The position numbers were made by a program, and so were the translations under genes. The notes beneath the pieces were generated by a model that saw only the letters and a list, made by a program, of their open reading frames with translations, was not told the DNA's origin and made no database searches. From an uncultured Actinomycetota bacterium (lineage in GTDB: Bacteria > Actinomycetota > Actinomycetes > Propionibacteriales > Propionibacteriaceae): DNA of 64,000 bases. Numbering within the stretch: the stretch's first letter is position 1; each line of letters begins with the position of its first letter. Positions 8,005 through 16,976 of the stretch are shown piece after piece. Location: the NCBI GenBank assembly GCA_963697765.1, contig CAVOPC010000003.1:230775-294774 (forward strand), read 5' to 3'.

Positions 8005-8934
8005 ATGACCTCCATAACCTCACGCGACGGCGAGGCGATCACGCTGGAGCGGACGCCGCGCGCGTCCGCCACCCACGTCGACAAGACCTACCCGTTGTGG
8101 TTCTACCTGCCCGGGGGGCTCATCTTCATCGTGCTGTTCATCGTGCCAACGGTGGTCAGTTTCTACTTCGCGTTCACCCGGTGGACCTTGTTCCGATCGA
8201 CATTCATCGGCTTCGACAACTTCGTCCTGTTCTTCAACGAGCCGGGCCTGATCGGCTCGTTGCGCAACACCCTGGTCTACGGCTTCCTCACCTCCGGGTT
8301 GAAGGTCGTGTTCGGCATGCTGTTCGCGGTGGTGCTGAGTGCCCCAATCATCGCCCGCGGCTACTTGCGCTCGGTGAGCTTCTTCCCGGTGTTGTTGTCC
8401 ACTGTGGGTGTCGGCCTCACCTTCCAGGTGTTGCTGGACCCGTACAACGGCATCGTCAATAAGGCGATCACGGCCGTGACCGGCGCAGACGGGCCCGGCT
8501 GGCTGACCGACCCGAACCTCGCCCTGTACAGCGTCATCATGATCGATGTCTGGGCGGGAATCGGGCTGGCCACCCTGATCTACATCGCGGGCATCGCCGC
8601 CATTCCCAACGAGTTCTTCGAAGCCGCCCGAGTCGACGGAGCGAGTTCGTGGCAGATGTTCCGCAGCATCATCCTGCCGATGTCCTTCCCGGCCACCTCG
8701 ACGGTGATCCTGCTGTCCCTGATCAGCGGCCTGCGCAGGTTCGACCTGATCTGGGCCACCACCGGCGGCGGTCCCGGCTTCGCCTCCGACGTGATCGCAT
8801 CGGTGGTTTACAAGCAGTACCAGGCCGGCTTCTACGGGCTGTCCACCGCCGGCAACGTGCTGCTGTTCATTGTGGTGACAGCCATCATCTACCCGCTGTC
8901 GCGTTGGCTGAACTCAAAGGAGGCCGCACTGTGA
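8005..8934 (+). CDS. Carbohydrate ABC transporter permease (MalF/UgpA-like)
   Basis: The start is moved to ATG 8005 (MTSITSRDGE...). It has six TM segments and the EAA-type loop FFEAARVDGASSWQMFRSIILP. Confidence 0.85.
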   Translation: MTSITSRDGEAITLERTPRASATHVDKTYPLWFYLPGGLIFIVLFIVPTVVSFYFAFTRWTLFRSTFIGFDNFVLFFNEPGLIGSLRNTLVYGFLTSGLKVVFGMLFAVVLSAPIIARGYLRSVSFFPVLLSTVGVGLTFQVLLDPYNGIVNKAITAVTGADGPGWLTDPNLALYSVIMIDVWAGIGLATLIYIAGIAAIPNEFFEAARVDGASSWQMFRSIILPMSFPATSTVILLSLISGLRRFDLIWATTGGGPGFASDVIASVVYKQYQAGFYGLSTAGNVLLFIVVTAIIYPLSRWLNSKEAAL

Positions 8935-9762
8935 ACGCCATGCGCACACCCACCCGGTGGCTGGCCGGCGTCCTTGGCATCGTCTTCACCGCGATCATCT
9001 TCCTGGTGCCCTTCGCCTTCGTCTTTACGATGGCCGGCAAGAGCGCGAACGAGGCCTCGCTGCTCCAGTTCAGCTGGCCCAGCCCACTTCCAGCTCTGGG
9101 AGAACATCGTCGCCGTGTTCCAGGCCCGCGACTACGTGCTGGTGATCGCCTTCATCAACTCCTTCATCCTCACCGTGGCATCCGTGGCGTTACTGGTCAT
9201 CCTCGGGTCGATGATCGCGTTCGTCCTGGATCGGCGGAAAAGCCGGCTGAACCCGTTGATCAACCTCTGTGTCCTGGCCGGCCTGATCATTCCTCCCGCC
9301 GTGGTGCCGACCATCTGGCTGATGCAGGCCCTCGGCCTCTTCAGAACCATGCCCGGACTGATCATGATTGAGGTCGCCTTCGGGTTGTCCTTCACCGTGC
9401 TGATCATGCGGGCCTTCGTCGCCTCCATCCCACGCGACATCGACGAGGCCGCCATCGTGGACGGAGCCGGTCCGCTGCGGCTGTTCTTCCGGGTGATCTT
9501 TCCGCTGCTGCGGTCAGTGATCGTCACCATCGTCCTGGTCCAGTCGGTCTTCATCTTCAACGACTTCCAGAACCCGCTCTACTTCATGCCCAGCAACCCC
9601 ACCGTGCAACTCACCCTGTACAACTTCCAGAGCCAGGCCCAGACCAGCTACAACCTGCTGTTTACAAACATTCTGGTAATCACCATCCCGATGCTGATCA
9701 TGTACATCTTCTTCCAGCGCCAAATCGTCGCCGGCCTCACCTCCGGCGCCGTCAAGGGGTGA
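8931..9762 (+). pseudogene. Carbohydrate ABC transporter permease (MalG/UgpE-like), interrupted by a frame break near 9076-9086
   Basis: The N-terminus and TM1 (VNAMRTPTRWLAGVLGIVFTAIIFLVPFAFVFTMAGKSANEASLLQFSWP) are in frame 0, starting at GTG 8931 (GTGA overlap, RBS AAGGAGG). The rest (HFQLWENIVAVFQ...DEAAIVDGAG...) is in frame 1 (track ORF 8974..9762). Deleting one C in ggCCCagCCCac restores a single ORF. Confidence 0.7.
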
Positions 9763-9771
9763 GGCCTCGTT

Positions 9772-9810
9772 GGTCGAGCTCCTCGAGAACAGCTTTCGAC
9801 AAGCTCCACC
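9772..9810. repeat. Intergenic palindromic repeat element (forward unit + inverted unit)
   Basis: GGTCGAGCTCCTCGAGAAC (9772-9790), then agc, then TTTCGACAAGCTCCACC (9794-9810). It lies between the permease stop and the GH78 start. Confidence 0.65.
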
Positions 9811-9866
9811 AATCGCCGACTCGCCCAACCAACAGTCTCAACCAGCCCCACCTGTGAAAGGTACTG

Positions 9867-12667
9867 ATGTCCACCTCGGTCGAATCCGTCCGTCTCGAGT
9901 ACCAGTCGGGACGGGCGGTCCCGGTCGCCTCCCCGCGGGTCTCCTGGATCACCCGCTCCGACCTGCCCAACTGGCGGCAATCAGCCGCAGAGCTCGCCTG
10001 GGACACCGGCTCGGGGCCGGTCAGCGCGGTGCTCGACGGAGACGCGTCCGTGCTGGTCAACTGGCCCTTCGATCCGCTCGAGCCCCGAGCCGGCGGGACC
10101 CTGCGGGTGCGCGTCGAGGGTCCGGACGGGTGGAGCGACTGGAGTGCCGAGCAGGAGGTGTTCGCGTCTTTTCTGGGTCCGACGGAGTGGTCGGCCGACT
10201 TCATCGGTTTGGCTGCACCGGCACGGCACGCCCAGCCGGTGTTGTTGCGGCACGAGTTTCCGGTGGCGGAGGGTCTGGTCCGAGCCACCCTCTATGCGAC
10301 GGCGCAGGGGGTCTACCAGGCCGAGGTGAACGGCCTGGCCGTCGACGACCAGATCCTCAAGCCGGGTTGGACGCCGTATCAGTACAGGCTGATTCACGAG
10401 ACCACTGACGTCACGGGACTGCTGAGTCCTGGGGCCAATGCGCTGGGCGTGACGCTGGCCGGCGGCTGGTTCACCGAGAGTTTCGGTTTCCAGGGCCTGG
10501 CGAAGCCGTTCTACGGCAGCCAGCCGAGCTTCGCCGGCCAGATCCTGCTCGAATACAGCGACGGGCGGTCCGAGTGGGTGCGTACCGGCCCTGGCTGGTT
10601 GACCTGGTGCGACGGTCCCTGGATTACGGCCGGCATCTACGCCGGCGAAACCTACGACGCCGGCCGGCTCCCGGCCGGCTGGTCAAAGCCGGGCTTCAAC
10701 TCGGCGGGCTGGACAGCTGCCGCGTTGCTGCCCGCCGGGCCGACACCGGGCCCGCGGACGTCACCCGTGGTGCGGGTGACCGAAACGGTGCCTGTCGCTG
10801 AGGTGCTCACCACTCCTGCCGGGAAGACGGTGGTGGATTTCGGTCAGAATCTGGTGGGCCGGTTGCGGATCCGGGTCACCGGCCAAGCGGGGACCACGAT
10901 CACGCTGCGGCATGCAGAGGTGTTGGAGGACGGCGAGTTGGGCGTCCGTCCGTTGCGGGTGGCCGATGCCACCGACCGGTACACTCTGGCTGGCGACGGC
11001 GAGCGAGGAGTGGGCGCCGAGCTTCACGTTCCACGGCTTCCGCTACGCCGAGGTGGCCGGTTGGCCCGGCGACTTCGACCCCGGCGGCGATCGTGGCCGA
11101 GGTGATCGGGTCCGACATGGTGCGCACCGGCTGGTTCGACTGCTCCGATCCTTTGGTGTCGCGGCTGCACGAGAACGTGGTGTGGGGCATGCGCGGTAAC
11201 TTTCTCTACCTGCCCACCGATTGCCCGCAGCGCGACGAGCGGCTGGGCTGGACCGGCGACATCCAGGTCTTTTCCCCGACCGCCAGCTACTTGTTCGACT
11301 GCGACGGCTTCCTGGCCTCGTGGCTGGTCGATCTGGCCCTGGAGCAGCAGCACGCCGGCGGCGTGCCGTTCATCGTGCCGGACGTGCTCGATTCGGCGAA
11401 GATTCCGGCCGCCGCCTGGGGCGACGCCGCCGTCATCGTGCCCTGGGTGCTGCACGAACGGTTCGCCGACCGCGACATACTCGCCATCCAGTACTCGTCA
11501 ATGAAGGCCTGGGTCGAGCAGTTGCTGGCCCTGGCCGGCGAACGGCACCTGTGGGAAGGCGGCTTCCAGTTCGGTGACTGGGTGGACCCGGACGCGCCGC
11601 CCGACCTGCCCGGCAAAGCCAAGGCCGACGCCGACCTGGTCGCCACCGCCTACCTCTACCGGTCCACCGACCTACTCGCCCGCACCGCAGCTTTGCTCCA
11701 ACACACCGACGACGCCGACCACTACACGGCTGCGGCTGAACAGATCCGGAAGGCCTGGCTGAACGAATACGTCACTCCCGCCGGACGGATCCTGTCCGAC
11801 GCCCAAACCGCCCACGCACTCGCCATCGAGTTCGGCATCGCCACCAACGACCTGGCCCAACGGATGGGTGACCGGCTCGCCTATCTCGCCCGCCGTGATG
11901 GCTACCGGATCAGCACCGGCTTCGTCGGCACCCCGCTCGTCACCGACGCCCTCACCCACACCGGCCACCACCGCGAGGCCGGCCGGATGCTCCAACAGAC
12001 CGAATGCCCGTCCTGGCTCTACCCGGTCACCATGGGAGCGACCACCATCTGGGAACGCTGGGACTCCCTGCTCCCCGACGGCACCATCAACTCAGGCGAA
12101 ATGACCAGCTTCAACCACTACGCCCTCGGCGCCGTCGCCGACTGGCTCCACCGCAGCGTCGGCGGGCTGGCCCCCAACGAACCGGGCTACCGGAAGCTGT
12201 CCATCGCCCCGCAACCGTTGCCCGGCCTCGAGTGGGCCACCACCAGCCACGACACCCCGTACGGACGAGCAGCGGTGGCCTGGCGCCGCAACGCCGGGTC
12301 CATCGAGATCACCGCGACCGTGCCGGCCAACACCACAGCCGACGTCCACCTTCCGGATGGCCGGACGTTCGAGGTCGGCTCCGGTGACCACGAGTGGGCG
12401 GTCACCGCACCCGATCCCGAACCCCATCAGGAGCTCACCACGTCCAGTTCGCTGGCGATGATCATGGACGATCCCGACGCCTACCGCACCGTACTGGACG
12501 CGTTCGCCCGGATCGATCCCGAGGTGAGCACGGACTTCCGCCGGCGGATGGCCTGGGTGCCCAACCAACCACTGTTCGGCACCTTCAGCCTGATCTCGCC
12601 CGCCGTGGTCGACGAGGTCGAGCGCAGCCTGGCCGAACTGAACCGAAGCCGAGGCTTGCCCGAATGA
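9867..12667 (+). pseudogene. Alpha-L-rhamnosidase (GH78), split by two frame breaks about 75 nt apart
   Basis: Track ORFs 9867..11105 and 11093..12667 carry GH78 N- and C-terminal parts (C-terminal part: YLPTDCPQRDERLGWTGD, ATTIWERWDS). The conserved bridge EEWAPSFTFHGFRYAEVAGWPGDFDP is only in a third frame (ORF 10912..11199). The frames run 0 -> 1 near 11001-11005 and 1 -> 2 near 11075-11082. Confidence 0.8.
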
Positions 12668-15123
12668 GTGCCTGGACCGACCCGTCACTCGACCTGGACG
12701 GCCGAGTGGACGCCCTGGTCGCCGACCTCGACGCCGACGAGTCGGCAGCCGTCCTGCTCGGCGACTTCACACCCCTGACCACCCGCGGCCTGACCGCCCT
12801 CGACTACGTGGACGCCGGCAGCGGGCTTCGCAACGTGGCCGGTGCGACCGCCTTTCCGGCCGGCATCGCGCTGGCCGCCACGTTCGATGCAGAACTGGCG
12901 AAGGAATACGGCCGGGCGGTCGCCACCGAGGCGAGGAACGCCGGCTTCAGCGTCTTGCTCGGGCCGACCCTCGACCTCGCCCGCGACCCCCGCGGGGGCC
13001 GGATCCCGGAGGGTTTCGGCGAAGACCCACATCTGGTCGGCCTGATCGGCGCTGCGCACGTCACCGGCGCTCAGAGCGTGTCGCTGATCTGCCAACTCAA
13101 GCACTTCATCGCCTACAACGGCGAGGATCGCCGCACCGGCGAAGGCCTTGCCGAGCGCAGCGAGTCGATGGACGTGCGCGCCTCGGCGGCAGTGCTCGCC
13201 GACGCCTATCTGCGTCCGTTCCAGAGTGCGATCGAAGCCGGCGCCTGGTCGATGATGGGCTCCTACAACAGGGTCAACGGACGCTACGCGTGCGAGTCGG
13301 CGGAGGTGTTGTCGGTCCCGCGCGAGCGCTGGGGTTGGCGCGGTTTCTACTGCCCCGACTTCCTGTTCGCCGTGCGCGACGACGCCGCCGCCCTGGCCGC
13401 CGGGCTCGACCTGCCTGCCCTGGGCGGTGCCGCCGGACGCACCCGGGCGATGGTTGACTCCACCCCCGTCGCCAACCGGACCGCGCTGGTCGGCAACATC
13501 GTCCGGGCCGTGATCGGTTCGGGCCTGGCGGACGATCCGCCACCGCTCCGGCAGTCCCCTGACGAAACGCCCCGCACCACGGCGGTCGTCGCCGAACACG
13601 CCGCCCTCGCCGAACGGACGGCGATCGCGTCAGCCGTTCTGCTGGCCAACCGCGATGCCGCCCTGCCGTTCGGACCACAGGTCGCTTCGATCGCACTGAT
13701 CGGGCCCAGCGGCGACGACGCGCTCTACGTGGTCGGTGGATCGGCGGCCGTGGCGCACGACCCCGACCGGGTCGTCACCCCGGCCGCCGGCCTGCTGGCA
13801 AGGGCCGCCGGCCGTACCGTCCAGGTGGTTCAGGGCAGCCGTGGCGACGCGCCCCTGCCGACGGTGCCGTTCGACGCGTTGAGCCTGCCGGACGGGTCGT
13901 GGCCGGGGGTCGAGGTGGAGTTCACCGACGCCCGAGGTACCCGGTGGAACGAACAGTTGTCCCGCGTCGAGTTCGCCGCCGACCCGGCCGATCCGCTGGG
14001 ACGTTGGCCGGCACGCTGGCGGACGCGGCTGACCAGCCGGGTCAGTGGTGCTCATCGACTCAGCCTCGAGCTCGGCGGACGTGCGACCGTACGAGTCGAC
14101 GGACGGGTGGTGATGGTCGGCAGCCGCGAAGCCGAGCAGTTCATCCACGGGCCGCATTACCCCTTGCAGGCCGTGGTCGAGCTGCGGGCAGGCGAGCCGG
14201 TCGATCTCGACATCGACTACCAGCCCGGGCCGGCCATCACCATTCCACCGATGGCCCTGGGACCCACGCTGCGGCTGGGCTGGCAGCCGCCCGATGACCT
14301 GATCGACGAGGCGGTGGCGGCCGCGGCACACGCCGATGCGGCCGTGGTGCTGGTCACCATGGCCAGTGGCGAGGGCATGGACCGTGACTCGCTGGCGCTG
14401 CCCGGCGACCAGGACGAACTCGTCCGCCGGGTCGCGTCTGTGAACCCGCGCACCGTCGTGGTGCTGAACACTCCTGGTGCGGTGTTGATGCCGTGGCTCG
14501 ATCAGGTGGCGGCCGCGCTGCAGGTCTGGTACCCCGGTGAGCGTTACGGGGCCGCCCTGGCCGCGATGCTGTTCGGCGACGCCGAGCCGGGCGGACGGCT
14601 GCCGCTCACGTTTCCGCGCTCCCGGGAGCAACTGCCCGGCGGTGACCACGGCCCTGCGACAGTGCCCGAGCAGCTCGACTACGACGCGGACGGGGGAATC
14701 GGCTACCGCTCCCCCGGCCTGCTGGCCGACGGCTGCGCGTTTCCGTTCGGGCACGGATTCGGTTACGCGCCGACCAGCCACCACCTGGTCGGCGTCGACG
14801 CCACGGACGGACGCCTGCTGGTGCGGCTCACCGTCAGCAATGAGGGTGATCGCGACTCCACGCACGTGACCCAGGCCTACGTGACGGTCGGAGAGGACGC
14901 ACGGGAGTTGGCCGCGGTGCTGCGCACGCCGGTCCCCGCGGGTGCCCGAGTGTCGGCAGTTCTCGAACTGAGCGCCGTCGCGTGGGCGCGGTGGAGTGCC
15001 GAAGCGGGCGCCCGACGTCCGGTCGACGGCGAGCATCGGCTGTGGCTCGGCACCAGTTCGGGCGCCCTCGGAGAATGCATTGTCGTTCGAGTGGAAAAGG
15101 GTTCGATCTCGACACTGCCCTAA
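12664..15123 (+). CDS. Glycoside hydrolase family 3 beta-glucosidase
   Basis: The ATG at 12664 overlaps the GH78 stop (ATGA). GH3 motifs are present: GPTLDLARDPRGGRIPEGFGEDP, SMMGSYNRVNG, and the C-terminal domains. The first 90 aa of the track ORF are shadow. Confidence 0.88.
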   Translation: MSAWTDPSLDLDGRVDALVADLDADESAAVLLGDFTPLTTRGLTALDYVDAGSGLRNVAGATAFPAGIALAATFDAELAKEYGRAVATEARNAGFSVLLGPTLDLARDPRGGRIPEGFGEDPHLVGLIGAAHVTGAQSVSLICQLKHFIAYNGEDRRTGEGLAERSESMDVRASAAVLADAYLRPFQSAIEAGAWSMMGSYNRVNGRYACESAEVLSVPRERWGWRGFYCPDFLFAVRDDAAALAAGLDLPALGGAAGRTRAMVDSTPVANRTALVGNIVRAVIGSGLADDPPPLRQSPDETPRTTAVVAEHAALAERTAIASAVLLANRDAALPFGPQVASIALIGPSGDDALYVVGGSAAVAHDPDRVVTPAAGLLARAAGRTVQVVQGSRGDAPLPTVPFDALSLPDGSWPGVEVEFTDARGTRWNEQLSRVEFAADPADPLGRWPARWRTRLTSRVSGAHRLSLELGGRATVRVDGRVVMVGSREAEQFIHGPHYPLQAVVELRAGEPVDLDIDYQPGPAITIPPMALGPTLRLGWQPPDDLIDEAVAAAAHADAAVVLVTMASGEGMDRDSLALPGDQDELVRRVASVNPRTVVVLNTPGAVLMPWLDQVAAALQVWYPGERYGAALAAMLFGDAEPGGRLPLTFPRSREQLPGGDHGPATVPEQLDYDADGGIGYRSPGLLADGCAFPFGHGFGYAPTSHHLVGVDATDGRLLVRLTVSNEGDRDSTHVTQAYVTVGEDARELAAVLRTPVPAGARVSAVLELSAVAWARWSAEAGARRPVDGEHRLWLGTSSGALGECIVVRVEKGSISTLP

Positions 15124-15162
15124 ATCGGGCACCTGCGCCAACGGCTGTGGAATCACGCCTTC

Positions 15163-15208
15163 GACCGAGTTCCGAAATGAACTCGGTCAACGACCTGCCC
15201 AGGTCGTT
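15163..15208 (+). terminator. Back-to-back twin hairpins downstream of the GH3 gene
   Basis: GACCGAGTT/ccgaaatg/AACTCGGTC has a 9-bp stem. It is followed immediately by AACGACCT/gccc/AGGTCGTT with an 8-bp stem. The pair starts 40 nt after the stop. There is no U tract. Confidence 0.5.
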
Positions 15209-15383
15209 CGACACCACCGTCACCGACCTGGCCCTGGTCTGGTCGTGGTGATCGAGTAGCCCTCGACGAAGGTGCGCAGGTTCGGGCTCGTTGCGTGGGT
15301 TCGAACCTGCGCAACGAGTCCCAAGCTGCGCAACGTCGGACGCCGGACTGGTGACCGCCGCGACCGGGCCGTAAGGTCGAAGC

Positions 15384-16328
15384 ATGCTCACCCTCGCCAC
15401 CATCGGCACCAGCCAGATCACGAAGAACCTCGCGGATGCGGTCAGCCGCGTGCCGGACGTCCGAATCGGCTGCGTCTACTCCCGGGACGAGGGCCGGGCC
15501 GCCGAGTTCGCGGCCCAGTTGGGCGTGGGTTCCAGCGCCTCTGATCTGGACGCGGTGCTGGGCGATCCCGGCATCGACGCGATCTACGTGGCCAGCCCCA
15601 ACAGCGTGCACGCCGCGCAGGCCGCCCAGGCACTGCGCGCAGGCAAGCACGTGCTGGTGGAGAAGCCGGCGGTCACCGACCTGGCCGACTGGGACGCCCT
15701 GGTGTCGTTGGCCGCGCAGAACGGTGTGGTCGTGCTGGAGGCGATCCGCACCCGCTTCGATCCCGGGCTGGTCGCCGTGGCCGAGCTGCTGCCGACGGTG
15801 GGCGTCCTGCGCAAGGTCAGCCTGCGCTACGAGAAGCGCTCCAGCCGCTACGACCAGGTGCTGGCCGGCGAGGTGCCCAACATCTTCGACCCCCGGTTCG
15901 GTGGCGGGGCGCTGAACGACCTGGGCATCTACGTCATCCACGCCCTGCTCAGCCTGCTGGGGCCGCCCGATCATGTGGTGGCGATGAACGTACCGATCCG
16001 CACAGGTGTGGACGGCCTGGGCACGATCCTGGCCAGCTACCCGGGCTTCGTCGCCGACCTGCACTACTCGAAGATCACCTCGCCGGAGCAGCCGAGCGTG
16101 ATCCAGGGCGAGGACGGGGTGATCACCATCGACGCCATCGACGCCCCGCGCTCGATCACCTGCGACGACGGCGCCGAGCAGCGGACGACCACCGTGGACG
16201 CCCCGCCGAACCCGATGGAGGGCGAGGTGCGCCGGTTCGCCGACCTGGTCGCCGGAAGGGATGACCCGGGCGCCGACAATGCAGCCACCCGGCAGGCGTT
16301 GCAGATCATCGCGGCCGCCGCCGGTTGA
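15384..16328 (+). CDS. Gfo/Idh/MocA family oxidoreductase
   Basis: 314 aa. An N-terminal Rossmann segment (LATIGTSQITKNLADAV...IDAIYVASPNSVHAAQAAQALRAGKHVLVEKP) is typical of the family. Confidence 0.85.
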   Translation: MLTLATIGTSQITKNLADAVSRVPDVRIGCVYSRDEGRAAEFAAQLGVGSSASDLDAVLGDPGIDAIYVASPNSVHAAQAAQALRAGKHVLVEKPAVTDLADWDALVSLAAQNGVVVLEAIRTRFDPGLVAVAELLPTVGVLRKVSLRYEKRSSRYDQVLAGEVPNIFDPRFGGGALNDLGIYVIHALLSLLGPPDHVVAMNVPIRTGVDGLGTILASYPGFVADLHYSKITSPEQPSVIQGEDGVITIDAIDAPRSITCDDGAEQRTTTVDAPPNPMEGEVRRFADLVAGRDDPGADNAATRQALQIIAAAAG

Positions 16329-16342
16329 TCGAGCGAGTCGTT

Positions 16343-16386
16343 GATCGAGCTTGTCTCGACCAACTGAGGATTTCGACAAGCCCGAC
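16343..16386. repeat. Intergenic palindromic repeat element (forward + inverted unit)
   Basis: GATCGAGCTTGTCTCGACC (16343-16361), then aactgagga, then TTTCGACAAGCCCGAC (16371-16386). It lies in the convergent gap between the oxidoreductase and MarR stops. A partial extra unit GATCGAGCGAGTCG lies just upstream. Confidence 0.65.
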
Positions 16387-16392
16387 GAACGA

Positions 16393-16899
16393 TCAGTTGG
16401 ACGCCTGGCGGGCCCGCACCCGATCCAGTGCGCCGATCATGGCGCGGGCGCCGCGGCAGAGCAGCTCCAGCTCGTCGGTGCTGAGTTCGCTCGCGACCAC
16501 GCCGAACGCACGCTCGAACATCGAGTCCATCTGGCGCATCACGTCCAGCCCCGCTTCCGTGGGATGCAGGCGGCGGAACCGCCGGTCGTCCGGATCATCG
16601 ATCCGGGTGACCAGTCCCTTCTCAGCCAGCCGATCCACCAGGCCACTGGCCGTCGGGGCGCTCACCCCGAGAAGGGCACCGAGTTCCTGGTGCGAGATGC
16701 CCGTCTGCTTCACCACATGGCCGAGCACCCGGAGCTGCTGAATGGTCAGGTCGGGCGGCATCGGCAAACCAACCAGTCCGACGGCCCGATCGTGCACCTG
16801 CGCGTTCAACTGCAGCAGTTCGGCGGCCAACGCGGAACGCTCGGCGTCGAGGTCCCGGTTCTGCGCAGACGGCATGGGGATCGCTTTCTGGAACGGCAA
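16393..16899 (-). CDS. MarR family transcriptional regulator
   Basis: The winged-helix core is LTIQQLRVLGHVVKQTGISHQELGALLGVSAPTASGLVDRLAEKGLVTRIDDPDDRR. The start could instead be ATG 16875. It is divergent from the RND pump gene. Confidence 0.88.
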   Translation of the reverse strand: MPFQKAIPMPSAQNRDLDAERSALAAELLQLNAQVHDRAVGLVGLPMPPDLTIQQLRVLGHVVKQTGISHQELGALLGVSAPTASGLVDRLAEKGLVTRIDDPDDRRFRRLHPTEAGLDVMRQMDSMFERAFGVVASELSTDELELLCRGARAMIGALDRVRARQASN

Positions 16900-16901
16900 A
16901 T

Positions 16902-16920
16902 AGTTAGAGCTATGCTAACT
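16902..16920. promoter_or_regulatory. Inverted repeat AGTTAG-N7-CTAACT in the marR / RND divergent intergenic region
   Basis: Read directly: tAGTTAGagctatgCTAACTg. It is AT-rich relative to its surroundings and is positioned like a MarR operator. Confidence 0.5.
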
Positions 16921-16976
16921 GATGCGGCTGTGAGTCAGCCATCAGTGACCCTCCTGGGTTCGTCGAAGGGAAACCG

